From assembly GCA_051599415.1 (NCBI GenBank), contig AP039693.1:186001-250000 (forward strand): 64,000 nucleotides of DNA, given 5' to 3'. Positions 20,239 through 30,339 of the stretch are shown here, in pieces. Numbering within the stretch: position 1 is the first letter of the stretch; the number at the start of each line of letters is the position of its first letter. A program made the position numbers and the translations under genes. The notes under the pieces are model-generated. The model was not told the origin of the DNA, made no database searches, and saw only the letters and a list, made by a program, of their open reading frames with translations. This DNA is from Savitreella phatthalungensis (Eukaryota).

Positions 20239-21410
20239 GGCTGTAAAAGCGTGGGATGGTTCAAGTGCGACGAGCAGGTCGATTTTATCTCTTTTGTATC
20301 CGGCCGGGAACGTGCAGTGATCAGAGCGATCAGAGCAAGCTCTTTGCAAAACACGAGACTCACCTGTGGTCGAATCCAATGGGATTGATGGAGGATCTGC
20401 TGTTGAAGGTGGAGGCAGAAGGGGTAGATTGTCGTGAATGGTGGAGTGTGGAGTGTGTGTTGGATTGATGGAGAAGGGAGAAATGAGATCGGGGTTTCTG
20501 ATATCATATGCATATGAGAATGCATTATTTGAATTGCTAGAGGTAACTTTGGATTAGAATCGATGAAAGCCTCAACTCCTAAACTCTTATCCGATTGAAG
20601 CCAGATTTTGACTACGCTAAGGAAATGGCCTGTTACAGTTTGGCTGGGCTGGCATATTGCATCCCAACGTCCGCCATCACTTTTCTTTGAACATGGTGAA
20701 GCTGAAGGGCAGACCAGATGATAGATGATTCCACTGAGAATAGTTGGCGTAATCCGCCGCTTTCATGTTGATAGTTCATTGTCAAAGTTTGGTGCTCCTT
20801 TGGGCCGTAAGTAGATACAAACGCAGTGGAAAACTCGAGGCTTGAGGTCTCGAAGGCCGTATGGTGATCTTATGCAGTCTCAGCTAATCTCAGAACGGAA
20901 AGGAAATATCATTCTAGTTCTGTAATCCCAACAGAGTCGACCGCAGCCGCGCACTGACGGGATCGGACCGCTCCTGTAGATAATATTCTAATGGCAACTG
21001 GACCAGTTAGTTGCATCTCATCTCTATCCCCAGCCGGGATACTCAGAGAGCTCGAAAGTCCAACTTTAGGTGCGGGTGATAGGTCGGCTCTCCCCCGCAG
21101 CATGACCCCTCTCACCTTCACCATAGCTAGTTTGGTCTCTTTTCTGTTCTATCTGGACCAATAAAGCAGGCGAAGACGCAGCACCAAATGCCAGGGTGCA
21201 ACAACGGAAAATGCATTTGCAGTGGCACATGTGTAATTGTGGCTGTGCACGGAAACGTGGATCACGTGCGTGACACTACGCTTGACACCCAGCCAAGGAT
21301 TCTCGAGCGTATGCTGCATATGAGGACTACTTCATATCGATATCAAGAGGTTCAGTAAATCATACAGTGGGTTCGTGAACGAGCCTGATAATCTGATCTC
21401 TTCCATCGCC

Positions 21411-21742
21411 ATGCACGCGGCACGGATACTTTGCAAGCGCTCAGTCTGGAAAGGTCAGACATGCCATTGTCTTCTGCACGTTCGATTTACTGACATCGCC
21501 CAGGCCCTCATATCGTTTCATTTCCAACTTCACTGAGCGAGGCACTCAAGAAGAAGATGCCTATTCGCACACAAGCCCGAAGCTGTACAATTCTACCGGC
21601 CTTTGTCGGCCTCCGCTTCATGGTTCATAATGGCAAGAACTACCTGCCAGTCGAGGTGACGGAAGAGATGGTTGGTCACAAGCTAGGCGAGTTCTCAGCG
21701 ACGCGGAAGCGCTTCACCTATAAGCAGACTAAGAACAAGTGA
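21411..21742 (+). CDS. RSM19: Mitochondrial ribosomal protein uS19m; exons 21411-21453 and 21504-21742
   Basis: RSVWKG|P..., [27 protein letters not shown]; intron GTCAGA..CTGAC..CAG restores frame. Confidence 0.92.
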
Positions 21743-21895
21743 GTTCTCGTTGTCTCTGCACAGCTACAGCATTAAGCTGCATTCAATCTTCCTGCATTTG
21801 GCGCGTTCCTCAGCATATGTACCACCTTATGATCATGACCTTCCATTCATCAATCGTACATACTATACAGTCATTTAAATCGATCGTCCTGCATC

Positions 21896-22297
21896 TCATC
21901 GTGCACGAGGCAGCAGCGCAATCTCTATCTTACTGTTGCGCCGCCGCTGTAGTGCTTCGTCCGCGTCATGGTCCGTTGGCACCACTTCGTCCACCAGGTC
22001 TACCGTGCCTGTGGAGATCTCAAGCCTGCAGACTTTCTCACCGCCGAGCATGTCTTGACATCTCAGTGCGAGCTCACAGGTGCTTGCGACCGCCGCTCCC
22101 ATCCCACACAGAGTCACTCGTGATCGCGCCTGTGTGATCAGAAGTTTGCGCACTTTCTTGACCAGTGGATGGAGCGCTGTGTGACGATTAATATAGATAA
22201 AGTCGTCTTTTCCAGCATGTGCTTTTGGAGCTTTGCGCTTCTGTATAGTGCACTGCGCGTGACGCGTCCTCTTGAGGCCTCTCGCATCGTCAGACAT
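21896..22297 (-). CDS. RNase P/MRP subunit Rpp20/Pop7 (Alba fold)
   Basis: DFIYINRHT, VKKVRKLL, LCGMGAAV, STGTVDLVDEVVP, QRRRNSKIEI. Confidence 0.8.
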   Translation of the reverse strand: MSDDARGLKRTRHAQCTIQKRKAPKAHAGKDDFIYINRHTALHPLVKKVRKLLITQARSRVTLCGMGAAVASTCELALRCQDMLGGEKVCRLEISTGTVDLVDEVVPTDHDADEALQRRRNSKIEIALLPRAR

Positions 22298-22536
22298 CGT
22301 GACGGCTTCTCTATGAACCGTGTAGCTTATGATCTGGACAATCTCTGCTTTTTTTATTGATACGTTCTGTATTAGGGCTAGTCCTATCGTCACGCGTTCG
22401 AGTGCGTCATGTGTGACAAAAACCCGCCTGCACGAACACAAGCCTACACATCAAGACGTTGCGTAACAACTCACACACAGCCCATTGAGCAGCCTTCTCG
22501 CACCTCTGCTGAGGCAGTACGTCGCTGCTGCTCAAC

Positions 22537-24288
22537 ATGTCCTCCGACATGTCGGACATAGATCCCGATGAAGCGCTGCAGCGCGAGATGGACGCAGAGT
22601 ATAGTCATCATGCGCCGCCGGACGAGGCGATTGATATGGCGAGTGACACGGCACCGACACCCCATGACCTCATGATGCGTTTCCCCGAAATTTCGCAGCT
22701 CAGCAACGCTGAAAGAGCGGAGCTGGCGTATGAAATTCTCCGGAAGCTGCCGCTTCAAGACGTTCATCGCGTCAACAAGATGTTGACCAGGCTGCTGCAC
22801 TTCGATTTCATACCTGTCCTACCGGTGGAAGTCGTTTACCAGATCTTCAGCTTCCTTGACTACAAAGATGTCGCGAGAGCTGCTCGTGTCAGTCGCAGCT
22901 GGTACAGACTAGCGACTGCACCGAGCCTTTGGCGTACACTCTACTTCAAGCAGCACTGGAATGTCAATGAGGTACGCGTTCGAGAGTTCGAGAACTGGGC
23001 TCGAACGGTAGATTCGACGTTGCCATTGTCGGCAGCAGACGGTCCCGGCAGGAATGTTCCTCCTCCTTTTCACGTCGGCCACATCTGGAAACCCGCCAAT
23101 GGCTCGGGCAGACTGTCACTGAACTGGGTATACCTGTTCCGTCAGCATCTGACGCTCGACAGCAACTGGGCACGCGGTTACTGTGACCGGACGATGATCG
23201 AGGCACTCGTGCCTGTCGAACCGGCAGACATGCCCGAAGGTCTGCAGGGTGAGGCGAATGACCGAGCACACGGAATCTACTGTCTTCAGTTCGATGACGA
23301 TATGATCGTGACGGGTTCAAGAGATTGCAAAGTCCGCGTCTGGAGCATGAAGGACCACCGATGCACACGAGTCATGTCGGGGCACACTGGCTCGGTACTC
23401 TGTCTCCAGGTCGACGTTGCAACTGGCATCATCATCACAGGCTCGAGTGACACGACTATCATGACATGGGATATGGCCGCCGGACGAGCACTCCAGTGCT
23501 ACCGTGGCCACACTGAGCCTGTCCTCAACCTGCGCTTCAACAACGACTATGTCTTGTCAGCCTCGAAGGATCGGACCATTCGGATTTGGTCACGTCAGGA
23601 AGGCACACGTGAGGCCCACACGTGTGTCAGAGTCCTTAGAGGACACCATGCGGCCGTCAACGGTGTACAGCTCGATGGCAATATCATCATCAGTGCCGGT
23701 GGAGATCACACGATCCGCATGTGGCACTTCAGTACGGGCGAATGCTTCAAGGTCATCTACGGGCACGACCGCGGTATTGCGTGCATATACTACGATGGCA
23801 CTTACATCACCACTGGCTCGTCAGACCTGATGATTCGCGTCTTTGACGCAAAGACTGGCAAAATGGTGCGGCAGTACGAAGGTCATTCCGACCTCGTCCG
23901 CACGGTCCAGAAGGACCACCGGAAGATCGTGTCTGGAAGTTACGACTCAAGCATCAAGATCTGGAATCTTGATAGTCAGTTTCCTGCGACGCCGAGGTGG
24001 CCGCGGAGCGTTGACTTTATCAGACCCGAAGCTCCACGGGTATACAATCGCCACGGTAGCCTATACGATGCCAATGGACTCGACCCGCGCGAGGATCCAG
24101 CTGCCGGAATTGCGATGCGGCAGTCGGCAGTGGCGCATGCGTCTCGTGAAGCCTGTGTCAATCTCGGCAGGCACCAGTCGCGCGTGTTCAAGCTACAATT
24201 TGATGAGACACGCATCATCTCATGCTCACAGGACTCTCAAATCATGATCTGGGACTTCTCCCGCGGAATCGATAAGACTTTCTTCTAG
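22537..24288 (+). CDS. F-box/WD40 SCF substrate receptor (beta-TrCP/FWD-1/Pof11-like)
   Basis: DFIPVLPVEV..IFSFLD F-box; IYCLQFDD, GHTGSVLCL, GHDRGIACI, RVFKLQFDETRIISCSQD..IWDF. Confidence 0.92.
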   Translation: MSSDMSDIDPDEALQREMDAEYSHHAPPDEAIDMASDTAPTPHDLMMRFPEISQLSNAERAELAYEILRKLPLQDVHRVNKMLTRLLHFDFIPVLPVEVVYQIFSFLDYKDVARAARVSRSWYRLATAPSLWRTLYFKQHWNVNEVRVREFENWARTVDSTLPLSAADGPGRNVPPPFHVGHIWKPANGSGRLSLNWVYLFRQHLTLDSNWARGYCDRTMIEALVPVEPADMPEGLQGEANDRAHGIYCLQFDDDMIVTGSRDCKVRVWSMKDHRCTRVMSGHTGSVLCLQVDVATGIIITGSSDTTIMTWDMAAGRALQCYRGHTEPVLNLRFNNDYVLSASKDRTIRIWSRQEGTREAHTCVRVLRGHHAAVNGVQLDGNIIISAGGDHTIRMWHFSTGECFKVIYGHDRGIACIYYDGTYITTGSSDLMIRVFDAKTGKMVRQYEGHSDLVRTVQKDHRKIVSGSYDSSIKIWNLDSQFPATPRWPRSVDFIRPEAPRVYNRHGSLYDANGLDPREDPAAGIAMRQSAVAHASREACVNLGRHQSRVFKLQFDETRIISCSQDSQIMIWDFSRGIDKTFF

Positions 24289-24373
24289 TTGCCCACATTG
24301 GCAGCGCTACGACCGAACGAGAGGAGTGTGAGGCAATGATGATGAAAGGGAATGAACAGGGTTGGCGATGTTG

Positions 24374-25636
24374 CTAGACGTGGCTCGCTCTTCGTGCCTG
24401 GCTGAATGGCGCTAGTTTCGGAGTCAGGGTTGTCGTCGCACGGAGCGAGCTGGCTTTCGCACGAGTCTGCGGTGACGGACCACCGTCTGGAACGACTGGA
24501 CTGCTGACTGCACTGCGCAGGCTGCCGTTGCGACTCATCCGCGGCGACTCGCAAGGGGTAATTGTGCCATCGGCAAGGTCAAAGTAGAGACCATCTGCCA
24601 CATCTGGTCGAGCGACCGGCACGTCACCATGCTCGAGGTCGCGAGAACGGCGCCAATCATGCTGGATCATGAGTTGTGGCCGTTTCGATCCGCCGCGTCC
24701 ACCAACCCCGCCGCCGCTGCCGCCGCGGCGAATGCTCGAGTGCGAAGGGTTTGAAGACGGGACCGACTTTGTCTCGACAGTGTGGTCACCTGTCGATCTC
24801 AGCGATTGTGTTCGAGCTGCAGCGGCGAGGATCGCAGCATCTTCAGGATCGAGATGCGCGAGCGACAGGCCAAGCACGAAGACGAGAATGATCAGGGTGG
24901 CAGCAACAATGATTTGTGTTGGCTGACCAGTCAACTTCGATACGAAGTCAAGGCATGAGCTCGCTTGGAACACACCAGTCGCCGCACTCACGCCGATAGT
25001 GGCTTGCAAACGCTGACGGGCGAGCAGCAAATCGTATGTCTGGACAGAGGTGCGTTGGCTTTGGACGAGCCGAATGGAAGCGATGAGAATCAGGCCGAGT
25101 GTGAGCGAGAGCTCGAGCGTTGTGGTAGCGATCTGGATCTCCGGCAGCACAGAGTAAGTGCAGCTGACGCGAACGCTGGTCGTCATGGTGGCGACGATGG
25201 CTAGCGCAATACCTGCTCTGGCTAGGAGAGCACAGAGAATTATGAGGTTAGCGCCGCGACGTCGAATTAAGCTATCGTTGGACGCAAAGATTATGCTTGC
25301 TAGGAGACCGAGCGCAGACAGATGGATGATCTGGTCGAGCGACGCACCGACGATGGTTTGGACATGGCAGCCCTGCTGATCATAAAGAAGCAAGCCGATC
25401 GCCTGAGTTACACTCCACAGACCAACGACCACGTCGAAGACGATGGCGTGAATGCGCGTCGCCGACCAGTCCAGAACATTGCCTCGACCACCAGCGATCT
25501 CAGGTCGCAAACAGCGCTGCCGTGTCTCGCGAGAAATTCTATACCATGCTCCACAGCAGGCCGCGACGAGGCAGCCTAGCGCAAAAGCCGTCCCTGCAGA
25601 CAGGCGCAGGCTCGTGGGCAAATCTGTCATTTGCAT
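24374..25636 (-). CDS. Uncharacterised multi-pass (about 7 TM) membrane protein with cytosolic tail
   Basis: About 420-aa ORF with roughly seven hydrophobic segments followed by an S/G/R-rich tail. Confidence 0.7.
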   Translation of the reverse strand: MQMTDLPTSLRLSAGTAFALGCLVAACCGAWYRISRETRQRCLRPEIAGGRGNVLDWSATRIHAIVFDVVVGLWSVTQAIGLLLYDQQGCHVQTIVGASLDQIIHLSALGLLASIIFASNDSLIRRRGANLIILCALLARAGIALAIVATMTTSVRVSCTYSVLPEIQIATTTLELSLTLGLILIASIRLVQSQRTSVQTYDLLLARQRLQATIGVSAATGVFQASSCLDFVSKLTGQPTQIIVAATLIILVFVLGLSLAHLDPEDAAILAAAARTQSLRSTGDHTVETKSVPSSNPSHSSIRRGGSGGGVGGRGGSKRPQLMIQHDWRRSRDLEHGDVPVARPDVADGLYFDLADGTITPCESPRMSRNGSLRSAVSSPVVPDGGPSPQTRAKASSLRATTTLTPKLAPFSQARRASHV

Positions 25637-27287
25637 TGCGTGAAGCTCAACCTGCTGACTTCGGAACAATCAAGACGATGAGGCCTTCTAACGTCTACGT
25701 GACAGTGAGCATGGTTGAGCGGACGAGCAATCGGGAAGGACAATAAAGCAAGCAATGATGGGCACGAACGATGGGCCAGCGAAGCAGCGATAGTGACAGC
25801 GGCAGTGGCAGCAGTACCGGTACCGGGCTCAGGCGCATCCGACAACCGCCAGACACAAGACGAGATACGACCATGATGAAATGATGAAACGAGATCTCGC
25901 GGGTTACATGTTTGAACGGGGAAGACTCCTTGCGAGGATGTTACTTGAAGTGTTGCATCGATGTTGTTAGGCGTGTGTGGCGAACCCGCTGTCAGACACA
26001 CAGAAACGTGAGGAGTGTCTAACGGCTGGTTGCGTGATCGTGTCCCACGAGATATCAAACACCTGTCGTCAGTGAGGTAATACGCTCGTGGATGTGACGA
26101 GCAGTGAATTTGTCAAGCATGCAGGAAGCTGACCTCAGTCGACCCTGAGGGTCTGCTGCATCGCGATGATCATCCAGCATGCATCACCTATGAGAAGCGT
26201 GTGCATCTAAGAATCGTGAATCGTGCATCGGGTTGCATGATCCGTCTCGTGCATCCATCCATCCGTCTGTCTACTGATTTCCTCAAAGTTTGGATGCATT
26301 CTGGAGCCATTTGGACTTAACCGGAGCAGAAGAACCATGATCAGATATTTGATTGGTTGCCTCTATTGTTTGGCTACTATGGTGTTGTTCCACCCCTGAA
26401 ATTCTTTGGCTTGACTCCTTGGATCTGATCTCGAAAAATTCCAACTTGGATTAAGTTGATGCCAATCTGATGCCAATCAATCAAAAAGTTAATGCAAATA
26501 AATCAAAGCTCGTCGAATCAATGAGCTGGACGCGTAAAGTGATCGACAAGGAGACATACTCAAGGTCAAAGGAGCTTAGAACTCTCTCATATCAAACTAA
26601 GCACCGAACAGAGTACTGTCTGCAAGCAAGTCTCTTGGCGCATTGACTGTGAGTGAGTCAAACCATACCTTCTTCTGCACGGAAGACGAGGAACCACGAG
26701 GATCGAGCCTTCGTGGCCTGCCAGTCAGCACGTACGTACTCACTCATTCACTATCACACGCACAAGCACAAGCACGCCCTCACCACACACACGAGTACGT
26801 TCCACTCGCGCAGACCGTCACCCACACAATCTCTCTGACCCACCAGCGCCTGCCTCACACTCACGCGTGCGTGCAAACTCAATCATCACAATCGGCTCAG
26901 CGTACAAGCGCACGCACCTTTCGCAGCCGCCACCTGACTTCACTTCTCTCGGTATCGTTGGCCTTGTTGATCAAGTGTCTCCTTTAAGACAAGGGACCTG
27001 TCCGCTTCACCGACCTAACTAGCTCCATCGCACTACCCTTTGTCCTCGTGGTCACAGCTTCCACGCTAGCAAATTTCAAACTCATCACACTCTCTTTTTC
27101 ATCAACGCGATACGCGCACGCGACAATCGGCCCTGCGCAACAAAGCCAACTCTCCTCAGCCTCGCTCGTGTTGATCTCCTGATTGACAACCTGATCGGCT
27201 TGCGAACCTTGCTCGTCGACCCAGAAACACTGAGCCTTCCATTCGACCTCGACACGTCTACCCTCGCACAAGTATCGAGTGAGCGCG

Positions 27288-28211
27288 ATGTCTTGGGCAT
27301 ACGCTAATCCCGAACGCATGACAGACAAGCAGCAGCAACAGCAGCAGGTGACAGGCGCTCTCGGCGCTACCTCGCATCAGGTCGATCTCGACAATTTCAA
27401 AACGTCACCATTCTTCCTGGCGACGGGATCGGTGGCAGTGATCGGCTGGTTGATCGCCTTCTTTGCCAGCATCGCCGCTAATGTCGACAGCTCGAGCTAC
27501 CCGCATTTTGCGTGGTGGACGGTGATGTATCAGCTGTTTGTGCTTGCTGGTGTGCTTGCGGCGGTGGCCGTCGATGCGATTGATCAGTACAGGCTGTGTC
27601 TGTGTGCGTTCCTGGCAGCTGCGCTGTCATTCACGTCTTCGACCGCAAACGTCCTCGTCTACAGCGACCGGCCGTCTGAGCAGGCTGCTGCCGCAGGGCA
27701 CATCTTTCTGTCGATGGTCAACATCTGCTGGATCTTCTACTTCGGCTCTGCGCCAGACACCTTAGCGCACAGGTACCTCGACACCCCACGTCAGCGCGCC
27801 CAGCACGCACACGTCATGCAGCGTTATAATGAGCTCTATCCGGCTGGACGTTACGGCTCGCCCTACCCGAAGAGCAACATCGATTCTGTGGCTGCGCAGA
27901 TCCAATTTCAGCAGCAGCAGCAGCAACAGCAACAGCAGCTCGGCAGGAGCGTGCTTGGCGATATCCCGGGGCAGAGTGCTGTCGGCGGAGAGGACGTCGG
28001 TGGCCAAGGTCTCGAGTTCAAGCATCGTGCACGTGCAATTTACACGTACGATGCCAATCCGGAAGACCCGAACGAAATCAGCTTCACAAAGGGCGAGGTC
28101 CTCGAAGTCGCAGATATCTCGGGCAAGTGGTTCCAGGCGAGGAACGCAAAGGGCGAAGTCGGCATCGCCCCATCAAACTACCTGAAACTGCTAGCCGACG
28201 GCGAACAGTGA
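27288..28211 (+). CDS. SHO1: High-osmolarity/MAPK sensor Sho1 (4 TM + SH3)
   Basis: GWLIAF, FAWW, AAAAGHIFLSMVNICWIFYFGS; SH3 ARAIYTYDANPEDPNEISFTKGE...GIAPSNY. Confidence 0.95.
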   Translation: MSWAYANPERMTDKQQQQQQVTGALGATSHQVDLDNFKTSPFFLATGSVAVIGWLIAFFASIAANVDSSSYPHFAWWTVMYQLFVLAGVLAAVAVDAIDQYRLCLCAFLAAALSFTSSTANVLVYSDRPSEQAAAAGHIFLSMVNICWIFYFGSAPDTLAHRYLDTPRQRAQHAHVMQRYNELYPAGRYGSPYPKSNIDSVAAQIQFQQQQQQQQQQLGRSVLGDIPGQSAVGGEDVGGQGLEFKHRARAIYTYDANPEDPNEISFTKGEVLEVADISGKWFQARNAKGEVGIAPSNYLKLLADGEQ

Positions 28212-29643
28212 AGACCCTTCAACCAATTCAGAATTCCCGCACCAGACTCGCAAAGACAGACCTCTTGGACGCTGGATCGTCCAGACCATCTGTGGTCATC
28301 GCAAGTTGACACAGAAGACGTGGTCATCCATCCTATGCCACCTGTGTCCATATAGTGATCGAACTTTTCAATGGAAGCTTAATCGAACTGATCTGCTCGA
28401 CGCAAAAACTGAGGCAGATTTGCACATGCGTAGATCTTTCGACCGACTCACACACATGCGCATCGTCTACTCTCCCTCTCTTACTATTCAATGATCTTTT
28501 TAACAACAATGCAATCCCGTCACTCCTCGACTCGTTCTGCGAATCGTTTAGTGGATCCACGATCAGCCGTCTGTTCAGCGAGGAATGCAATCCTCGATAC
28601 GCGTTGTCGCAAGTGACAGCAGATATGGCTCTTGTGTTCCAGCTGCAAGTGTGAGTGGATGTGCATGTTGCATGCGCTTGTCACATGCACGAATGCGGCT
28701 TATCTAGACGACGGAAGAGCGAGCTCTGTATCGCATGTGTGTGTGGAGCTAAATGCGGCGTGCATACGCAGGATCGAAGTGACAGAAACGATCAGCTACA
28801 GTCAATCATCCGACTGCACTTGCTCGACGCCGTGGTTGTGACATGATCGTACAGCTAGACGGCACAAATGCACTGAACCAACTATGTGATCCGGCACAGG
28901 ATATGCATATCAGTGACTGGACTGTCCACGGGCACGTGTGACGGAGTCGTGTAGCCCTGGAACGATGAGAGGAAGGTAGGTCGGATGAGGTGGCGTGCCC
29001 ACACAGTGACCATGGTGTGTGTGGTCTGGGCAGGAGCGAGGTAAGAGCGATCGGCAAGCGATCCGGTAAGTATGGCCAAAAAAGATCCGAGTGATACGGC
29101 CGATGCAACGGACCTTGAATTTCCTTTTCGGGCAACCAAAGTCGTGAACAGAAAATTCAGAAAAAGAGTTGCTAGAAAATCAAATTGGAGCTAGTTCAGG
29201 CTACTAGCTCCAATCGCCCGTCAATGTCGGAATATGTACCTGACTGCCCACTTTCAAGCATACACAGAGACTACCTTAGATAATAGAGATCCATAATCTA
29301 TAGATTTTATTCAGCACCGATGATTGCAGGAGATTGTAATTTCACTCCATGCATGTGGAGAGATCCACCTGCCGCGCTAGATCAGACTTATCAAATTATT
29401 TAGTCAGTCTCCGTATTTCGCACCTGAAATAATTGCATGTTCCTATACATATATCGGGGAATAGCTAGTGTGCGTTCATCGGCTTCGATAGAGGCTGTGT
29501 GTCTCTAAACAATCGAATGAACTTTAAGCACTTACAATGACGGAGCCAAGACTTCGGTTCAAGATACTCGAGCTAGACAAGATCCGATTTATGGAGCCAG
29601 AGAAGGAAAGTAAACCCCTCACTCCTCCTTCACATCTACATCC

Positions 29644-29687
29644 ACAATCACAACCACAACCACAACCACAATCACAAGCACAAGCAC
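29644..29687. repeat. (CACAAC)n hexamer repeat upstream of the ABC transporter
   Basis: acaatcacaaccacaaccacaaccacaatcacaagcacaagcac. Confidence 0.7.
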
Positions 29688-30339
29688 GTCCTCAAGCCTA
29701 CTCCAGCGGCCATTAGCGTGAGCACATTAAGCATCCAAGTTTCCTTCGACTCGGTTCGTACGGAAGTACGTGTGCGCGCCGTCACAGAAACACTTCCATA
29801 GTCTGTCTTCGAGAGTCGTCGATTGTTTCCTGTGACCTGTCATCCACCTGAGCCATACGCATCCGCTTCCATGCTGTATATTGATTGACTCATCAGGTCA
29901 CACCACTGAACAGATCTATTCTACACCTTCATCTCTGATCTCCCCCCTTCGGATCTATCTCGCTCCGAAGATACCGAACTACTGGTAACGCCTGTCCATA
30001 CAAGAACAAAGCGGTCTGCTCATCACATATCTTCCACACGCTCATTCGTAAGCCTCAAACAGCTTCACACACGAGGAACGTGAGCACGACTCCGGATGCA
30101 GTGACCTGTTCAACTCATCCTCATTCGGCATTTGTCAAATTGTCAAGATCACGTCGACTCCACGTCCGCGCACGCGCCAACTGCTCAAGCCTTTGCAAAG
30201 GCATATTGCACCGACCGCCGAGACGCAACCATATAATTTTCACTCACGTCCTCTTCCTCTTGCGAGTCAATACCTATAGAGTCCACCGCCCACCACTTGC
30301 ATTGCCTCATTCCCTCCTCATTTCACTTCGTCTGGCCTC

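Noticed and set aside
20239..20379. 47-aa N-terminal extension of GPAT in the ORF track
   Set aside because: Non-ATG start, and the segment is bracketed by GTGAGT...TTTTACAG, so better read as a 5'UTR intron
12488..24288. CRY-DASH plus FWD-1-like F-box as a light/clock gene cluster
   Set aside because: Separated by four unrelated genes; no frq or white-collar gene in the window
28250..28830. Repeated CT(G/C)CTCGACGC-like words downstream of SHO1
   Set aside because: Short, degenerate and irregularly spaced; not a CRISPR or tandem array
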